Assembly: GCF_009914755.1 (NCBI RefSeq)
Contig: NC_060925.1
Reading direction: 5' to 3' (one strand)
DNA length: 64,000 bases
Source: the human T2T-CHM13v2.0 reference genome, Homo sapiens
Shown here one piece after another: positions 62,890-64,000 of the stretch. The position numbers and the translations under genes are program-made. The notes under the pieces are model-generated. The model made no database searches and was not told where the DNA came from. It was given only the letters and a program-made list of their open reading frames with translations. How positions within the stretch are numbered: position 1 is the first letter of the stretch; each line of letters opens with the position of its first letter.

Positions 62890-63990
62890 GAACATGATTT
62901 TGCAATGAAAGAAAAATGCAGAGCAGAGGAAAGAAATGAACTTAGCATATACAAGGGAATTTCAGAAGCAAGTGGCTGAAGGGTAGAGATGAAGCAAGGA
63001 GGAGGGTGATACAGTATGAGTTTGGACACGTGGGCAAGCAACAGCTTAGGCAGACAGTAAGTGCCATGATAAAGAATTCAGACTTCTTTCCAAAGACAAT
63101 GAAAGTGATGGAAGGGTTTTAAATAAGAAAGTGTTATGATGAGATAAAAATTTAGCAAATACATTGTAAAGGTGCAAAGGGAAATATGGAGACAAATTAG
63201 TACCTGATTCCAACAAGGCTGCAGATGGTGGTTACTGACACTAGAGTGGAAGTAGTGATGATGGAGCCAGACAGTCATATTTGAAATGCATTGTATAGAA
63301 CCAATGGGACTAGGACTGGATCAGATGTGGGATCTATAAGAGATGAAAATATTAGGAACAATTACCAGGTTCCTGAATTTAGCAACTGAATCTATTTTAG
63401 TGCCATTTAGTGAGATGAGGGTAGACTAGAGGAAAATATTTAGAAGAAAACTTATATATTATAATTTGGGGATATGTTAACTCTGAGATGCTTATGAACT
63501 ATGTAAGTGGGTAACAGTTCTTGCTTTGGTTATAAGAAGTCAGAATATCAGGGGAAAATGTCCATACTGTAGGTATAAATATGGGAGTTCACAGCATAAA
63601 GATGATTTTCAAAGTCATAAGAATTGATGAGTTCACCCAGCAAGAAGATATAAAGACAAAGACCAATGACTGTGCTCAACACAGAATTGTAATAGTTTAG
63701 TATAGAAAGAGAAGCTAAATTCTTTGGAAGAAAACCAGTGAACCATAGTATTATTAAAAATTGAGAAAGGATTTGTTCAAAAAGACAGTGGCCAATTAAG
63801 TTGAAAGATACTTTGAGGTCCAATAAGATAAGCACAGAAAATCCCCCATCAAGATTTAACAATATGGATGTGTTTTGTAAATTAGAGAACATCAACTGCA
63901 GTGGCCTAGTGGGGACAGAAGACTGATTAGAATGGTTAACAAAATGAATGGGATGTGAAGAAATGCAGACAGTAGATGACTCTTAACAAA
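62890..63990 (-). mobile_element. L2 relic
   Basis: Purine-rich L2 motifs (gtgccatgataaagaattcagactt, aattaccaggttcctgaatttagcaact). Confidence 0.65.
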
Positions 63991-64000
63991 ATATTTTACT

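Overview
AT-rich, repeat-dense primate genomic DNA, most likely human given a near-consensus AluY and L1PA copies. I see no intact protein-coding gene: the long ORFs in the track are L1 ORF2 fragments, Alu/LTR read-throughs or single exons. The main result lies in the repeat-free gaps on the minus strand. About 21 splice-site-bounded segments, from an ATG at 53627 down to position 89, join in mostly compatible phases into ~600 codons with at least 8 in-frame stops and at least one frameshift. The conceptual protein has a signal peptide, three C-type-lectin-like repeats and a region resembling the pre-GPS (GAIN) part of PKD1L2/PKD1L3. It is a candidate unprocessed (possibly unitary) pseudogene of a polycystin-1-like receptor that should continue past the left edge. 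The family assignment rests on motifs recalled from memory, not on a search. About 0.8 kb upstream of its ATG is a ~295-bp, ~97% identical inverted repeat around a 1.7-kb spacer, with a perfect fold-back hairpin at one junction (candidate polymorphic inversion). The rest is L1, Alu, MaLR/ERVL, MIR, L2 and DNA-transposon relics. Subfamily names are by-eye calls and boundaries of old repeats are approximate.
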